A DNA stretch of 63,175 nt, filler included, from Chiloscyllium plagiosum (lineage: Eukaryota), in the NCBI RefSeq assembly GCF_004010195.1. It is 5 parts of one record of this genome, joined end to end, with 100 filler letters (N's around TTAATTAATTAA, not from the genome) between each part and the next. Parts side by side here need not be neighbours in the genome. Positions count along the whole stretch, not along the records: positions 10,367 to 31,880 come from NC_057710.1; positions 31,981 to 46,563 come from NC_057710.1; 3 more parts are not named here. One strand, written 5' to 3'. Within the stretch, counting starts at the first letter, position 1, and every line of letters begins with the position of its first letter. Below, one piece after another: positions 22,765-33,461 of this stretch. A program made the position numbers and the translations under genes. Under the pieces are notes generated by a model. It was not told where the DNA came from and searched no databases. It saw nothing but the letters and a program-made list of their open reading frames with translations.

Positions 22765-23789
22765 CTGCACCTAATCTGACATAATATTCAAAATCAACAT
22801 TATTTAGAGACATGTCGCAAAGTACAGAATAGACAGGTGCTAACATTATTGAGACTATTCAGATTGGTCAGCTTTATGTATTGCTGCATTGCTCTACAAA
22901 CACTTGTAATTGCCAGGGACAAGTTGTTCATGTATGTGTTCCAGGGGATCACATTCACAGCTGCACCAGAGGTTCAGTTCAGAGCTAACAAATCGGTAGC
23001 TGAAGGCATCCTGTTAATCAGATGGCATGGCAAATGGATTCAGGACAAAAAGCTCTAATCTTTACAACTTCAAAGTGTGATGATTACTTCTAACATCTGG
23101 GAACTGGAAACACAACTAGTAGGCAGAACAGCCAATCTGTTATTGGAAATCATCTTCTAGTTCTCCTCAGTTTGTTAACAAGATGTTTAATTAGAATTTC
23201 ACGGCGAGTGAGGTCTGATGCACACACTTGCTTTGAAAATAACAGGGCAATGTGAAGACATGGGATGTCAACAAATCATCTGGTTGCTCTATTTTCAAAG
23301 TGTAGATGCATTTTGTTTTGCCATGGGCAACTGAAAAGAAAATGCCATAAAAATTATTTTAAAACACTGCAGTCTCAGCACCAGACATTTCAATAGGCCT
23401 TTCCATTTCTGTGCCAAATGGTCAGCAGCTTCCCCAATACATGTACACATTCATTGTAAGATCAAAGCAATGTGGTTGTCTGAACAATACCACAAACAGA
23501 CCAAGTGTTTCCTGTTTTGAGAATCACTCCCTTCTTGGATATAAGACTTTATTCATGTTTGTTTTCCCAGAATATTTCTACTTCATTTAGATTGCTGACT
23601 ATATATTTTCAAACTGATTAGTTGTTATCATCGGTTGGGGGTCATTGACCTGAAGTATTAGGCAGAAATTTCCAGTTTGTTGACGGGCGAGAATGTGGAA
23701 AACTACACTGAAAACAAAACTAAAATCAGAAGAAAGACAAGAAGAAAATAGCAGTGTTCTACTTAAGGTTCAATATGTTTTGAATATTG

Positions 23790-24622
23790 TTAACAAGTAG
23801 TAGGAGTTGGGAGGTCATGTTGCGGCTGTACAGGTCATTCGTTAGGCCACTAGTGGAAAATTGCAATTCTGGTCTCCCTCCTAAAGGAAGGATGTTGTGA
23901 AACTTGAAAGCGTTCAAAAAAGATTTACAAGACTATTGCCAAATTTCAAAGGTTTGAGCCATAGGGAGAGGCTGAATAGGCTGGGACTATTTTCCCTGGA
24001 GAGTCAGAGGCTGAGGGGTTACCTTGTAAGACATTTATAAAATCATGAGGGGCACAGATACGGTGAATAGCTAAGGTCTTTTCCCTGGAGTAGGGGAATC
24101 CAAAAGTGGAGGGTATAGAATTATGGTGAAAGAACAGATATTTAAAAGGGACTCAAGGAGCAACTTTGTCGTGTGGAGGATGGTGTATATATTAAATGAG
24201 CTGCCAGAGGAAGTAATATAATTGGTTAGTACAATTAGAACATTTAAAAGTGATTTGGAGGTGCCAGTGTTGGACTGGAGTTTACAAAGTTAAAAATTAC
24301 ATAACACCAGATTATAGTCCAACAAGTTTAATTGGAAGCACTAGCTTTCAGAGCACTGCTCCTTCTTAAACTCCACAACTACCTGATGAAGGAGCAGTGC
24401 TCTGAAGGCTAGTGCTTCCAAATAAATCTGTTGGACTCTAACCTGGTGTTGTGTGATTTTTAGCATTTAAAAGGCATCTGTATGTGTATCTGAATAGGAA
24501 GGGTTCAGAGAGATATTGACCAAATGATTGCAAATGGGAATAGATTCATTTAGGATTTCTTGTTGGCATGGACGAGTTGGACTGAAGGGTCTGTCTCCAT
24601 ACTGTACAGCTCTATGACTCTA
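23790..24622 (+). mobile_element. CR1 3' end, interrupted by a PLE unit
   Basis: AGGAGTTGGGAGGTCATGTTGCGGCTGTACAGG...CTCTATGACTCTA tail. Confidence 0.9.
24251..24463. mobile_element. PLE family B fold-back unit with 10-bp TSD
   Basis: CATTTAAAAG at 24241-24250 and 24464-24473 flanks inverted arms. A plus-strand CTGATGA lies at 24383-24389. Confidence 0.9.
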
Positions 24623-24891
24623 AACAGTGAACCTATATTTCCATCTCAATAATTGTGCATTCACCTCATTTCTATGTAGCTTTTAATTCTCTTCACCTTC
24701 AGACCTCTATCTCAGTCCATTCTGGTTGGGCAGTCAGCAGGATATGGCACTGCCCTCCTTTCAACCACCTCCTCCACCAACACCTCCAGATCAATGTTGG
24801 AAATCTGAGGAACTAACGTCACCAGAAATTGCTGGAGAAACTCAGTAGGTCAGGCAGCGTCTTTGGACAGAAAGCAGAGGTTAGCTTTCAA

Positions 24892-25186
24892 GTCGGCACG
24901 GTGGCTCAGTGGTTAGCACTGCTGCCTCACAGCGCCAGGGACCTGGGTTCAATTCCTGCCTTGGGCAACTGTCTGTGTGGAGTTTGCACATTCTGCGTGG
25001 GTTTGCTCTGGTTTCCTCCCACAGTCCAAAGATGTGCAGGTTAGGTGAATTGGCCATGCTAAATTGCCTGTAAAGTTAGATGCATTAGTCAGGGGCAAAT
25101 GTAGGGGAATGGGTCTGGGTGGTTTGCTCTTTGGAGGGTCAGTGTGGACTTGTTGGGCCAAAGGGCCTGTTTCCACACTGTCGGGA
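24892..25186 (+). mobile_element. HE1-type V-SINE, full length, inserted in a decayed PLE family A remnant (24825-25240)
   Basis: A box TGGCTCAGTGG, B box GGTTCAATTCC, V-domain, and CR1-like 3' end GGGCCTGTTTCCACACTG. Confidence 0.92.
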
Positions 25187-25949
25187 ATCCAGTGATCCTT
25201 CTTCAGAACTGCTTTTGTTTCAGATCTTCAGGGTCACCAGTTCTTTGTTTGATTATTGAGGAACTAACTTGTCTATTTTTGGCTACTTCCTTGGGGATAA
25301 CAGTGCAGGATTACAATATAAAGGTCAGTTCCTTGTTTGCAGCACCTGAATTGCGATGGAAATGAGGTTTAAATATGGTGCCAGTAACAAATACTTTGAC
25401 CTCTCCCCCTCTTGATTACACAGGATAGGTTCCAAAAGGACCAATTGCATGATTGATGCAATGAATGTTGGGAGATTACATGAAAAAAGTTGCCATGGGT
25501 TATGCTAGACAAGGTGCCATAACTCTCACTCTAAAAAAGAGAAAATGTAGCCAATTATTCATTCTTGTCTCGTTCTGTGCTGCTTGAACTTTTCAATGTC
25601 ACCAGCATTTTGATCTCTGGTTTGCAGAACAGGAAGCATTTTGCTTTAGAGTTAATATCAATATTACTTAAAATAAAATAGCGCCAAAGGCTAAATTATT
25701 GAGATAATTTTCTGGACAATGTTGAATAAGTAGGGAATAAACATTTATTTGAATATTATAAAATGACAGCCCTTCCTTTGCAGAACTGCTAACTGGAGCA
25801 GGAGCATTTAACTGCAGGTGTTTGTCAACCTTTTCGATAAAGTCCTATCAAGCACATTAAGAGGTTGTCATCTTAAAGCTGTAGGGATTTAATTATAAAA
25901 GTAATCCTTGATCCCGAGTCTACAAGTTGATGATCCATATTGTGGCAAC

Positions 25950-26130
25950 ATGAGCTGTACTAATATGTATAGTCTAGGTTCAATTCCTGGTCTGTGCTGT
26001 GCTCGGTCATCTCAGTGGGAGCATTAGTGGAGGTGTTATCACTGCCTTTGGGCTAGAGAAGGGATCAGCTTGGTTTAATCTGATTATTTGCTTTATGGCT
26101 TTGCTAGAAAGTGCAAAATTGCCCAGATTG
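25950..26130 (+). mobile_element. Possible ancient tRNA-derived SINE remnant
   Basis: B box GGTTCAATTCC at ~25977 followed by TGGTCTGTGCTG..ATCTCAG..GGGCTAG. The family was not identified. Confidence 0.35.
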
Positions 26131-27064
26131 GAAAAGATAAGATCAGGTTCAGCCGTCCCTTAATCACCCACTGAAATTTCCTGCTGTGCTCAAGGATGAC
26201 TGGGTGAAGTTATTGCTCGGGCAAATTAAATGTCTTGTGGCATGAGAAGAAGAAAGAAAAATTAAAGGAAGAAGGAATTAGATCATTAGGACACGGTTAA
26301 AAATGAGCTGCTTATTATGATTCGCATCATATTCTGTCATTACTTAAAATTTTCTTTCATTTATAATGTTTTGTTTTAAACAATGCCTCCTTATGGTATA
26401 AATGACACCATTATTGAGTTCTGTCTATAAAGGAGCCAGAAAAGGTTCAGTAGAAATATTCAAAAAATCTGAAGCTGTCTTTGTATTGACACTGTATGTT
26501 AATTCTGTTCCATTACATTGTCAAACCAGTAAACTTTCTAAGCTAAAATCCCCTAGGATGTTGTTGATACTTGCTGAAAAACATGATGATGCAATCTTAA
26601 CACTAGTCATGCCTGCCCCGAGAATTTTTAAATTTTAATTCAAAATGATCAACCAAGCAAAGAATAATTTGCTAAAGTTTGAGAAGAGTCAGAAATTATA
26701 TAGAAAAAAAATTAACACAACAGTAAACGAGTTTTAAATTTTGAGTGGGAAAACAATCTGCCTGATAAATATTTTATTGACAACAGGCATTCTGAATAAT
26801 ACTCTAATTAAAGTAGGAATATTGAGCATAGTTTCTATTTAAGAAACAAAAAAACACAAATGATTGTTTTGCTGATATTGTAAAGCCAAATCATAACTCA
26901 GAAATTGCTGTTGGCCAAATATTCCATTTGTTTAAATATAGGTGCCAGTCAGAAAATGTAAATTGTCATAAACCTTGCTTGAGGCATTAATAACATCTTT
27001 TCAATGCACAGGCTGTATAACAACAATTTCTTAACAGGAAACTTAAAGTGTATATCCCTAGATA

Positions 27065-27353
27065 TGATTTGGAGATGCCGGTATTGGACTGGAGTGTACA
27101 ATATTAAAAATCATACAACACCAGGTTATAGTCCAACAGGGTCATTTCGAAGCACTAGCTTTTGGAGTGCTGCTCCTTCATCAGGTGGTTGTGGAGTATA
27201 AGATCATAAGACACAGAATTTATTTGCTATAAATTCTGAGTCTTATAATCTTATACTCCACAACCACCTGATGAAGGAGCAGTGCTCTGAAAGCTAGTGC
27301 TTCCAAATAAACCTGTTGGACTATAACCTAGTGTTGTGTGATTTTTAATTTTG
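27065..27353. mobile_element. PLE family B palindromic unit with 12-bp TSD
   Basis: TATCCCTAGATA at 27053-27064 and 27354-27365 flanks ~125-bp inverted arms centred near 27225. Confidence 0.92.
27265..27299 (+). ncRNA. Minimal type I hammerhead ribozyme motif (best-preserved copy)
   Basis: CAC-CTGATGA-A-GGAGC AGT GCTCT-GAA-AGCT-A-GTG: stem I CAC/GUG, 5-bp stem II, palindromic AGCU in place of stem III, predicted cleavage after A27296. Confidence 0.75.
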
Positions 27354-28814
27354 TATCCCTAGATAAATATGGATATTTATTCATTTTAAATAAAATTGGA
27401 TTTTTATTTTTCATAACGCCAGCAGTAGATTTTCTCTGTGTAGTCATGGTCACTTTAGAATTAGGAAATGTCTGACTTGAGATTTTTCTGAGGCTTTCTG
27501 TGCTTCTAGTAACTACATTGTTACCTGTTATGATCTACAGTTGCCTCCAGCTGAATTCTGTTGTTATGTTATGTTAATGGATTTAGGCTTTTTGGAGGGT
27601 TCTGAGTTGTCTTTTCCTGCTATGTATTTATAAAACTAAGTTTCATTTACTGCTTCATTCTGTGTTCTTTCTTCATCCTCATGCTTAGAATTAAGCATAT
27701 GCTGCTTTGCAGTATGGTGACAATATTGTCTCATTACCTATCCATATTCATTTGTTGAAGATCATTTGGTTTGATGACAATGATATGGGATTGGGCGCAA
27801 GGCATTTTAAGCTTTCAGTACTTCTGGGTCGCATCTACAGGCATGCACTGTTTCACTTAGGAAATAGTTATATTAAAATTAATTCAGAAATGTCAGCTTA
27901 ACTCACCATACTGCACAACCATCTTAGACTCAAAAGCACACTCTCAAATGACATCACATAACCTTGACTAGCACTTCAGAGCAGTAGTGAAGACAAGATA
28001 CATTTTCAGCACTACGTTTTTTAGCTTAATGACATGGAAGATAGAGCATCAAATTGACATCTGAAAGGTTGCACCTCTGACAATTCAGCACTCCCTCAGT
28101 ATTGCATTGAAGCTCAGCCTTGAATGAGATTTTTACATACAACCATCTGACTCAGGTGTAAATTCAGCAACTGAGTCATGCAGCATCTTACTAAACAAAC
28201 ATAGACAATTCTTCAATAAATTTTGTGAAAATTGTACATGCTAGATTGGATGCGTAACAGTGTTGCATATAAGATTATGATATACCGTAAGTGCTGCTGG
28301 CCCTGGCTTATGCTTGACTTTATTTGTCACTCAGTTTGTCTGAAATATCTCTGCACAGGAGCATTTTTTCCCTCCAAGCTGTTGAGAGTTAATCCTATAT
28401 CACTGCATAACTAGGCTCAGATTTAATTTATTATTTTTCTTGTAAATGACGCAAAGCTGTTTCACCTTCTCTGTATTTGGAGACAGATTTGCTTTAACCT
28501 TTATAAACATGCTGAATTTTTTACTTCAAAAATACCCTTTATAAATTATAATGAAACAAATTGCAACAGCCATTTAAAAAAAAAATGTTTGAATGGAAAG
28601 CCCACCATTATGGTATCACCAAATGATTCAAGCTCTTCATGTATCAAACATTTAATTTCTTTCTGTGCAACTCGTGCAATGCAAAAGACTGAATTATAAA
28701 GTAAGATGCAATTTTAAAATCTGATTGTCTTAGAACTCCTTATTATTTGATGGCCTTTGCATACCTGTGAGTACATTATAATGAAGTTGGTGAAGAAAAT
28801 TCAGATTTTTACTT

Positions 28815-29170
28815 TATAGAATCATAGAAACATACACTACTGAAGTGGTCCTTCTGCCCGTCAAATCTGCACTGACAGAAATCTACTCTAAATCTATACT
28901 AGTCCCACTTTCCAGCACTTGGTCCATATACTTATATATTACAGCATTTCGGGTGCTCATCCAAGATTTTTTTTAATGCTGTCAAGTTTCCTCTTTGACC
29001 ACCTTCCTAGGCAGTGCATTGCAAATCCACACACCACCCCCTCTGGGTGAAAATAAATTGTGTCAATTCCCTCCAAAACCTCCTGCCTTTCACCTTAAAA
29101 TTATGCCTCCTTGTTATTGACACTTCAATAATAACTGCTTCCTACATAGCCTGTCCATATCTCTCATAAG
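28815..29170 (-). mobile_element. Old CR1 3' end
   Basis: ATAGAATCATAGAAAC tail; CACCACCCCCTCTGGGTGAA and TTAAAATTATGCC motifs. Confidence 0.7.
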
Positions 29171-30458
29171 CTGATGTTATCAAGTCCCTTATAATGTTCA
29201 ACATTATATTTGTTTCTTTATGGAGAATGGCATCAGAAAGCATAAGTAATGCTAGAATTAATCTAATGTAAAACAGTATCACTCTAGGAGGTGCTAAAGT
29301 ATTACAAATAAGCTAACCATGACCGCAGCATTGGAGTTTTCCTGAAAGTATTGTGATTTACTTGTCCTTGCAAAAGTATGCAGAACAGGCATGTTATTGT
29401 CAGTTTCTGACAGACATTGACTAATAGTAGTCTGGGCAAGTATTCAGAATTTCATACATCATAATGCAGGAAACTTGTTGAATTGATTTCTGAAGGCTTG
29501 TATCATGTACTTGCTATCTGGCTTGTGCTTGTGTTCATCCTTGGTGCTGAGCACATCCCCAGCAGTGTGGCCTCTTATTATGTTACATTTATTGAAGCAA
29601 CGTTCTTCCATTGAGGTGTGACGGAATGCCTGAGCTGCAGAGAGATGATGCAGTTGTCAGTTCATTTATCAGAAACAAGCCCAAGTTTACTTACTCACTC
29701 CAGTTCCATGGCGATGTGCAGATTAAATTGTGCTTCAGAGCGAGGAATATTGCAATTCGATGATAGCTTCTTTGTGTATTACAGACTATACACGAAAGAT
29801 ACAACAATTGTTAATTGTTATCCACAAATAATTACTGTGCATTCATCTTTATTCTGTGAGCATAATTGGTCACTTCAACATTTCACATGTGAAAAAAGCT
29901 GAAATAATGCGTCAGAATGAAATTAAGGACAGACAAAATGTTTGACTTGGAGAAATTGATTGTAGCTTATTTTAATGGCTTAAAAGACTCACTTACATAG
30001 CTTGCCTGATTGACTAAGAGGTCATTTATACTCACAGTAGAACTGTTCTAAATTAGCATTGCCCATGCAGCACTAACACTGATCCATAATGAGTCCTATT
30101 ACTACCTCTGTGGGTTCCATTTGCATTATTTTGCTTGCTGTTTCTCACTATGTCAGTCAAGAGTGTTTTTGCACCGTTCGGAACAACAAATGCAAAATGA
30201 CCTGCTCAAGCAATCATGACTTTTTTTGAATAACGTGGACTAGTATAACACATTTCAAATTCACTTGGCAGTCGGCCTCTTTCTCTCACTAATTTTTAAC
30301 TCAATGTAACTAACCTTGCCTTTTCCCTTTAGGTCTGTAGGTCTTTCAGCTTATCTCAGCTGTACACTCTGACTTGATTTCTTTGATTCTTTGTCTCCCT
30401 GTTTAAAGCAGCAATGCAATATACTGATACTGACAAATAGACTCTGAAGTTATAAATC

Positions 30459-31593
30459 GAGTCAGAGAGTCATAGAGATGTACAGCATGGAAACAGACCC
30501 TTCAGTCCAACTTGTCCATGCCGACCAGATATTCCAATCCAATCTAGTCCCAACTGCCAGCACCTGGCCCATATCCCTCCAAACCCTCCCTATTCATATG
30601 TCCATCCAGATGCCTTTTAAATGTTGCAATTGTACCAGCCTCCTCCACTTCCTCTGGCAGATCATTCCATACATGTACCACCCTCTGCGTGAAAAAGTTG
30701 CCCCTTAGATCTCTTTTATATCTTTCCCCTCTCACCCTAAACCTATGACCTCTAGTTCTGGGCTCCCCCATCCCAGGAAAAAGACCTGGTCTATTTACCC
30801 TATCCATGCTCCTCATGATTTTATAAACTTCTATAAGGTCACCCCTCAGCCTCTGATGCTCCAGGGAAAGCAGCCCCAGACTATTCAACCTCTCCCTATA
30901 GTTCAAATCCTCCAACCCTGGCAACATCCTTGTAAATCTTTTCGGAACCCTGTCAAGTTTCACAACATCTTTCCAATTGGAAGGAGACCAGAATTGCACA
31001 CAATATTCCAAAAATGGCCTAACTAATATCCTGTACAGCTGCAACATGACCTCCCAACTTCTGTACTCAATATTCTGACCAATAAAGGAAAACATACCAA
31101 TTGCCTTCTTCACTATCCAATCTACCATTGACTCTACTTTCAAGGAGCTATGAACCTGCACTCTAAGGTCTCCTTGTTCAGCAACACTCCTTAGGATCTT
31201 ACCATTAAGTGTATAAGTCCTGCTAAAATTTGCTTTCCCAAAATGCAGCACTTCGCATTTACCTAAATTAAACTCCATCTGCCACTTCTCAGCCCATTGG
31301 CCCATCTGATCAAGATCACGTTGTAATCCAAGGTAACCTTCTTCACTATCCACTACACCTCTAATTTTGGTGTCCTCTGCAAACTTACTAACTATACCTC
31401 ATGCTCACATCCAAATCATTTATATGGATGATGAAATGTAGTGGACTCAGCACCGATCCTTGTGGTACTCCAGTGGTCACAGGTCTCCAGTCTGAAACAC
31501 AGTCCTTCATCACCACTCTCTGTCTTCTACATTTGAGTCAGTTCTGTACCCAAATGGCTAGTTCTCCCTGTATTCCATGAGATCTAACTTTGC
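30459..31593 (-). mobile_element. CR1 LINE, 5'-truncated, RT C-terminal half
   Basis: 269-aa ORF 30544..31353 (LQRDLDQMGQWAEKWQMEFN...LEYCVQFWSP...RGDLIEVYKIM). Upstream KFAEDTK is a mutated FADD. (CTCTATGA)-type tail. Confidence 0.95.
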
Positions 31594-31880
31594 TAGGAGA
31601 AAGTGAGGACTGCTGATGCTGGAGATCAGAGCTGAAAATGTGTTGCTGGAAAAGTGCAGTAGGTCAGGCAGCATCCAAGGAACAGGAGAATCGACGTTTC
31701 GGGCATAAGCCCTTCTTCAAGAATGAGGAAAGTGTGTCCAGCAGGCTAAGATAAAAGGTAGGGAGGAGGGACTTGGGGGAGGGGCATTGGAAATGCGATA
31801 GGTGGAGGGAGGTCAAGATGAAGGTGATAGGCCGGAGTGGGGTGGGGGCGGAGAGGTCAGGAAGAAGGTTGCAGGTTAGG
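31594..31880 (-). mobile_element. PLE family A 3' end with hammerhead motif, runs into gap
   Basis: Minus strand TTGAAGA-AGGGCTTATGCCC-GAAACGTC at 31693-31720; nearly identical to 54133-54337. Confidence 0.9.
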
Positions 31881-31980
31881 NNNNNNNNNNNNNNNNNNNN
31901 NNNNNNNNNNNNNNNNNNNNNNNNTTAATTAATTAANNNNNNNNNNNNNNNNNNNNNNNNNNNNNNNNNNNNNNNNNNNN
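31881..31980. other. Artificial assembly spacer
   Basis: 44 N + TTAATTAATTAA + 44 N. Confidence 0.95.
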
Positions 31981-32200
31981 ACAGACACCCGGACGGTGTT
32001 TCGAACCCCCTGCCCAGGGCTGCGCGCAGCTGTTGAGGCCATAGCTCTGAGGTTGGCTGGTCCCTGAATTGGCGTTAGGCCGAAGCCAGCATGAAGATCC
32101 ACCAATAGCAGGTCAGCACAACCAAACGATCCTCCAACGTCCAATCACGATCCAGCAATGATCTCCACTAGCTCTGATGACTCGCAACTCGACCCCTGTC
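31981..32200 (-). mobile_element. Keno/Tx1-like non-LTR retrotransposon 5'UTR and ORF1 start
   Basis: CpG-rich segment directly downstream of a U2 fragment. ATG at 32042 gives MASTAARSPGQGVRNTVRVS, which resembles Tx1-clade/ZCCHC3-like ORF1 N-termini. It is cut by the gap. Confidence 0.65.
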
Positions 32201-32242
32201 CTGATAAGAACAGACACTTGATCTTAGCCAAAAGGCCGAGAA
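32201..32242 (-). pseudogene. RNU2: U2 snRNA 5' fragment (nt ~6-52) with 5-nt deletion in the branch-point recognition region
   Basis: Minus strand TTCTCGGCCTTTTGGCTAAGATCAAGTGT^CTGTTCTTATCAG versus U2 ...AAGTGTAGTATCTGTTCTTATCAG. Confidence 0.9.
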
Positions 32243-32530
32243 CCTGCACACCAAGGTCTGTTTGTTCAGCAACACTCCCTAGGACCTTACCATTAAGTGT
32301 ATAAGTCCTGCTAAGATTTGTTTTCCCAAAATGCAGCACCTCACATTTATCTAAATTAAACTCCATCTGCCACTTCTTGAACCATCTGGTCAAGATCCTG
32401 TTGTAATCTGAGGTAATCTTCTTCGCTGTCCACTACACCTCCAATTTTGGTGTCATCTGCAAACTTACTAACTAAAATCACGTTCAAATCATTTACATAA
32501 ATGATGAAAAGTAGAGGACCCAGAGCCGAT
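32240..32530 (-). mobile_element. CR1 RT fragment joined to the U2 piece
   Basis: Reads KFADDTKIGG...KWQMEFNLDKCEVLHFGK...DLGVQV; paralogous to 31150-31450. Confidence 0.9.
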
Positions 32531-32909
32531 CAGGTCTCTGGATTAACAGTCCGGAGGTAATACCACCATTTCACTTGAAAGTACATCTTCAAAATACATT
32601 ACCATTCTTCCAGTATACCTGGATCAAAAATCCTGGAGTTCCCTCTCTAACAGTATTTTGGCTCAAAAATTAGACCCAGTTGGAAAAAGAGGCAGAGGGA
32701 GGCAGAAGTAGATTCTGAATTAGCAATGCTATAGATAGCTGTACTGCATGAAAATATCAGAACTACACAGATCGGGTGAGGTAGCCTCAGTAAGGTGTCA
32801 TGAGCAGCTGGAACACTCTGTGCTATTAGAATTCAGGGAAAAGTTCTAAGAATTAGTAAACAGCTAAGTTTTGAAGTTAAGATTCAGAAGAAATCCTTGG
32901 GAGTTGCTT

Positions 32910-33130
32910 GAGAGTGTGGAGCTGGAAAAGTAGAGCAAGTCAGGCAGCATCCGAGGAGCAGGAGAATCAATGTTTTGGGCTTAAGCCCTTCATCAAGAAG
33001 GGCCGGATGAAGGGCTTATGCCCAAAACATCGATTCTCCTGCTCCTCTGATGCTGCCTGACCTGCTGTGCTTCTCCAGCACCACACTCTCGACTCTGATC
33101 TCCAGCATCAGCACTCCTCACTTTCTCCTA
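32910..33130. mobile_element. PLE family A fold-back unit
   Basis: Inverted arms meet at ~33000 (AAGCCCTTCATC...GATGAAGGGCTT). Both hammerhead cores are mutated. Confidence 0.85.
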
Positions 33131-33461
33131 GTTGACACTGTGGGAGGGTAGCTGGCTCTATGTTGGCTGAACCTATGAAGGGGATCAGAAGAGGGCTGTA
33201 AGATTAATACTAAAGTACAACTGAAAGACTGGGGCTGAAAGACCAATGGGCAATACTTGCTTTCTGCAGCTGAGCAAGATTGGAGCTGATGGATGTCACA
33301 GAAACAAGTTTGGCTTGGAGAAGCTTGCTATCAGTAAAGAGCTAAAGTTATGCTTGGGAATGAGTATTGTAGTACAATTTCAGGGTCCAGGGGAGTGAGA
33401 ACCAGGAAAGGAGGATGTTGACCATGATGGAGTGGTCACTGTGGTAAGTACATGGCAGAAT

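Noticed and set aside
24892..24965. tRNA gene
   Set aside because: The A/B boxes belong to the tRNA-derived head of an HE1-type SINE and continue into the SINE body.
30544..31353. 269-aa ORF as a host gene or active RT
   Set aside because: It is the C-terminal part of CR1 ORF2. The copy is 5'-truncated and the catalytic motif upstream reads FAED.
32174..32200. Hammerhead ribozyme at CTGATGA in the Keno-like leader
   Set aside because: No stem II followed by GAAA, and it is antisense to the element.
32201..32242. Functional U2 snRNA gene
   Set aside because: Only ~42 nt are present, the branch-point pairing bases are deleted, there is no Sm site or 3' stem-loops, and the upstream sequence is CR1 rather than an snRNA promoter.
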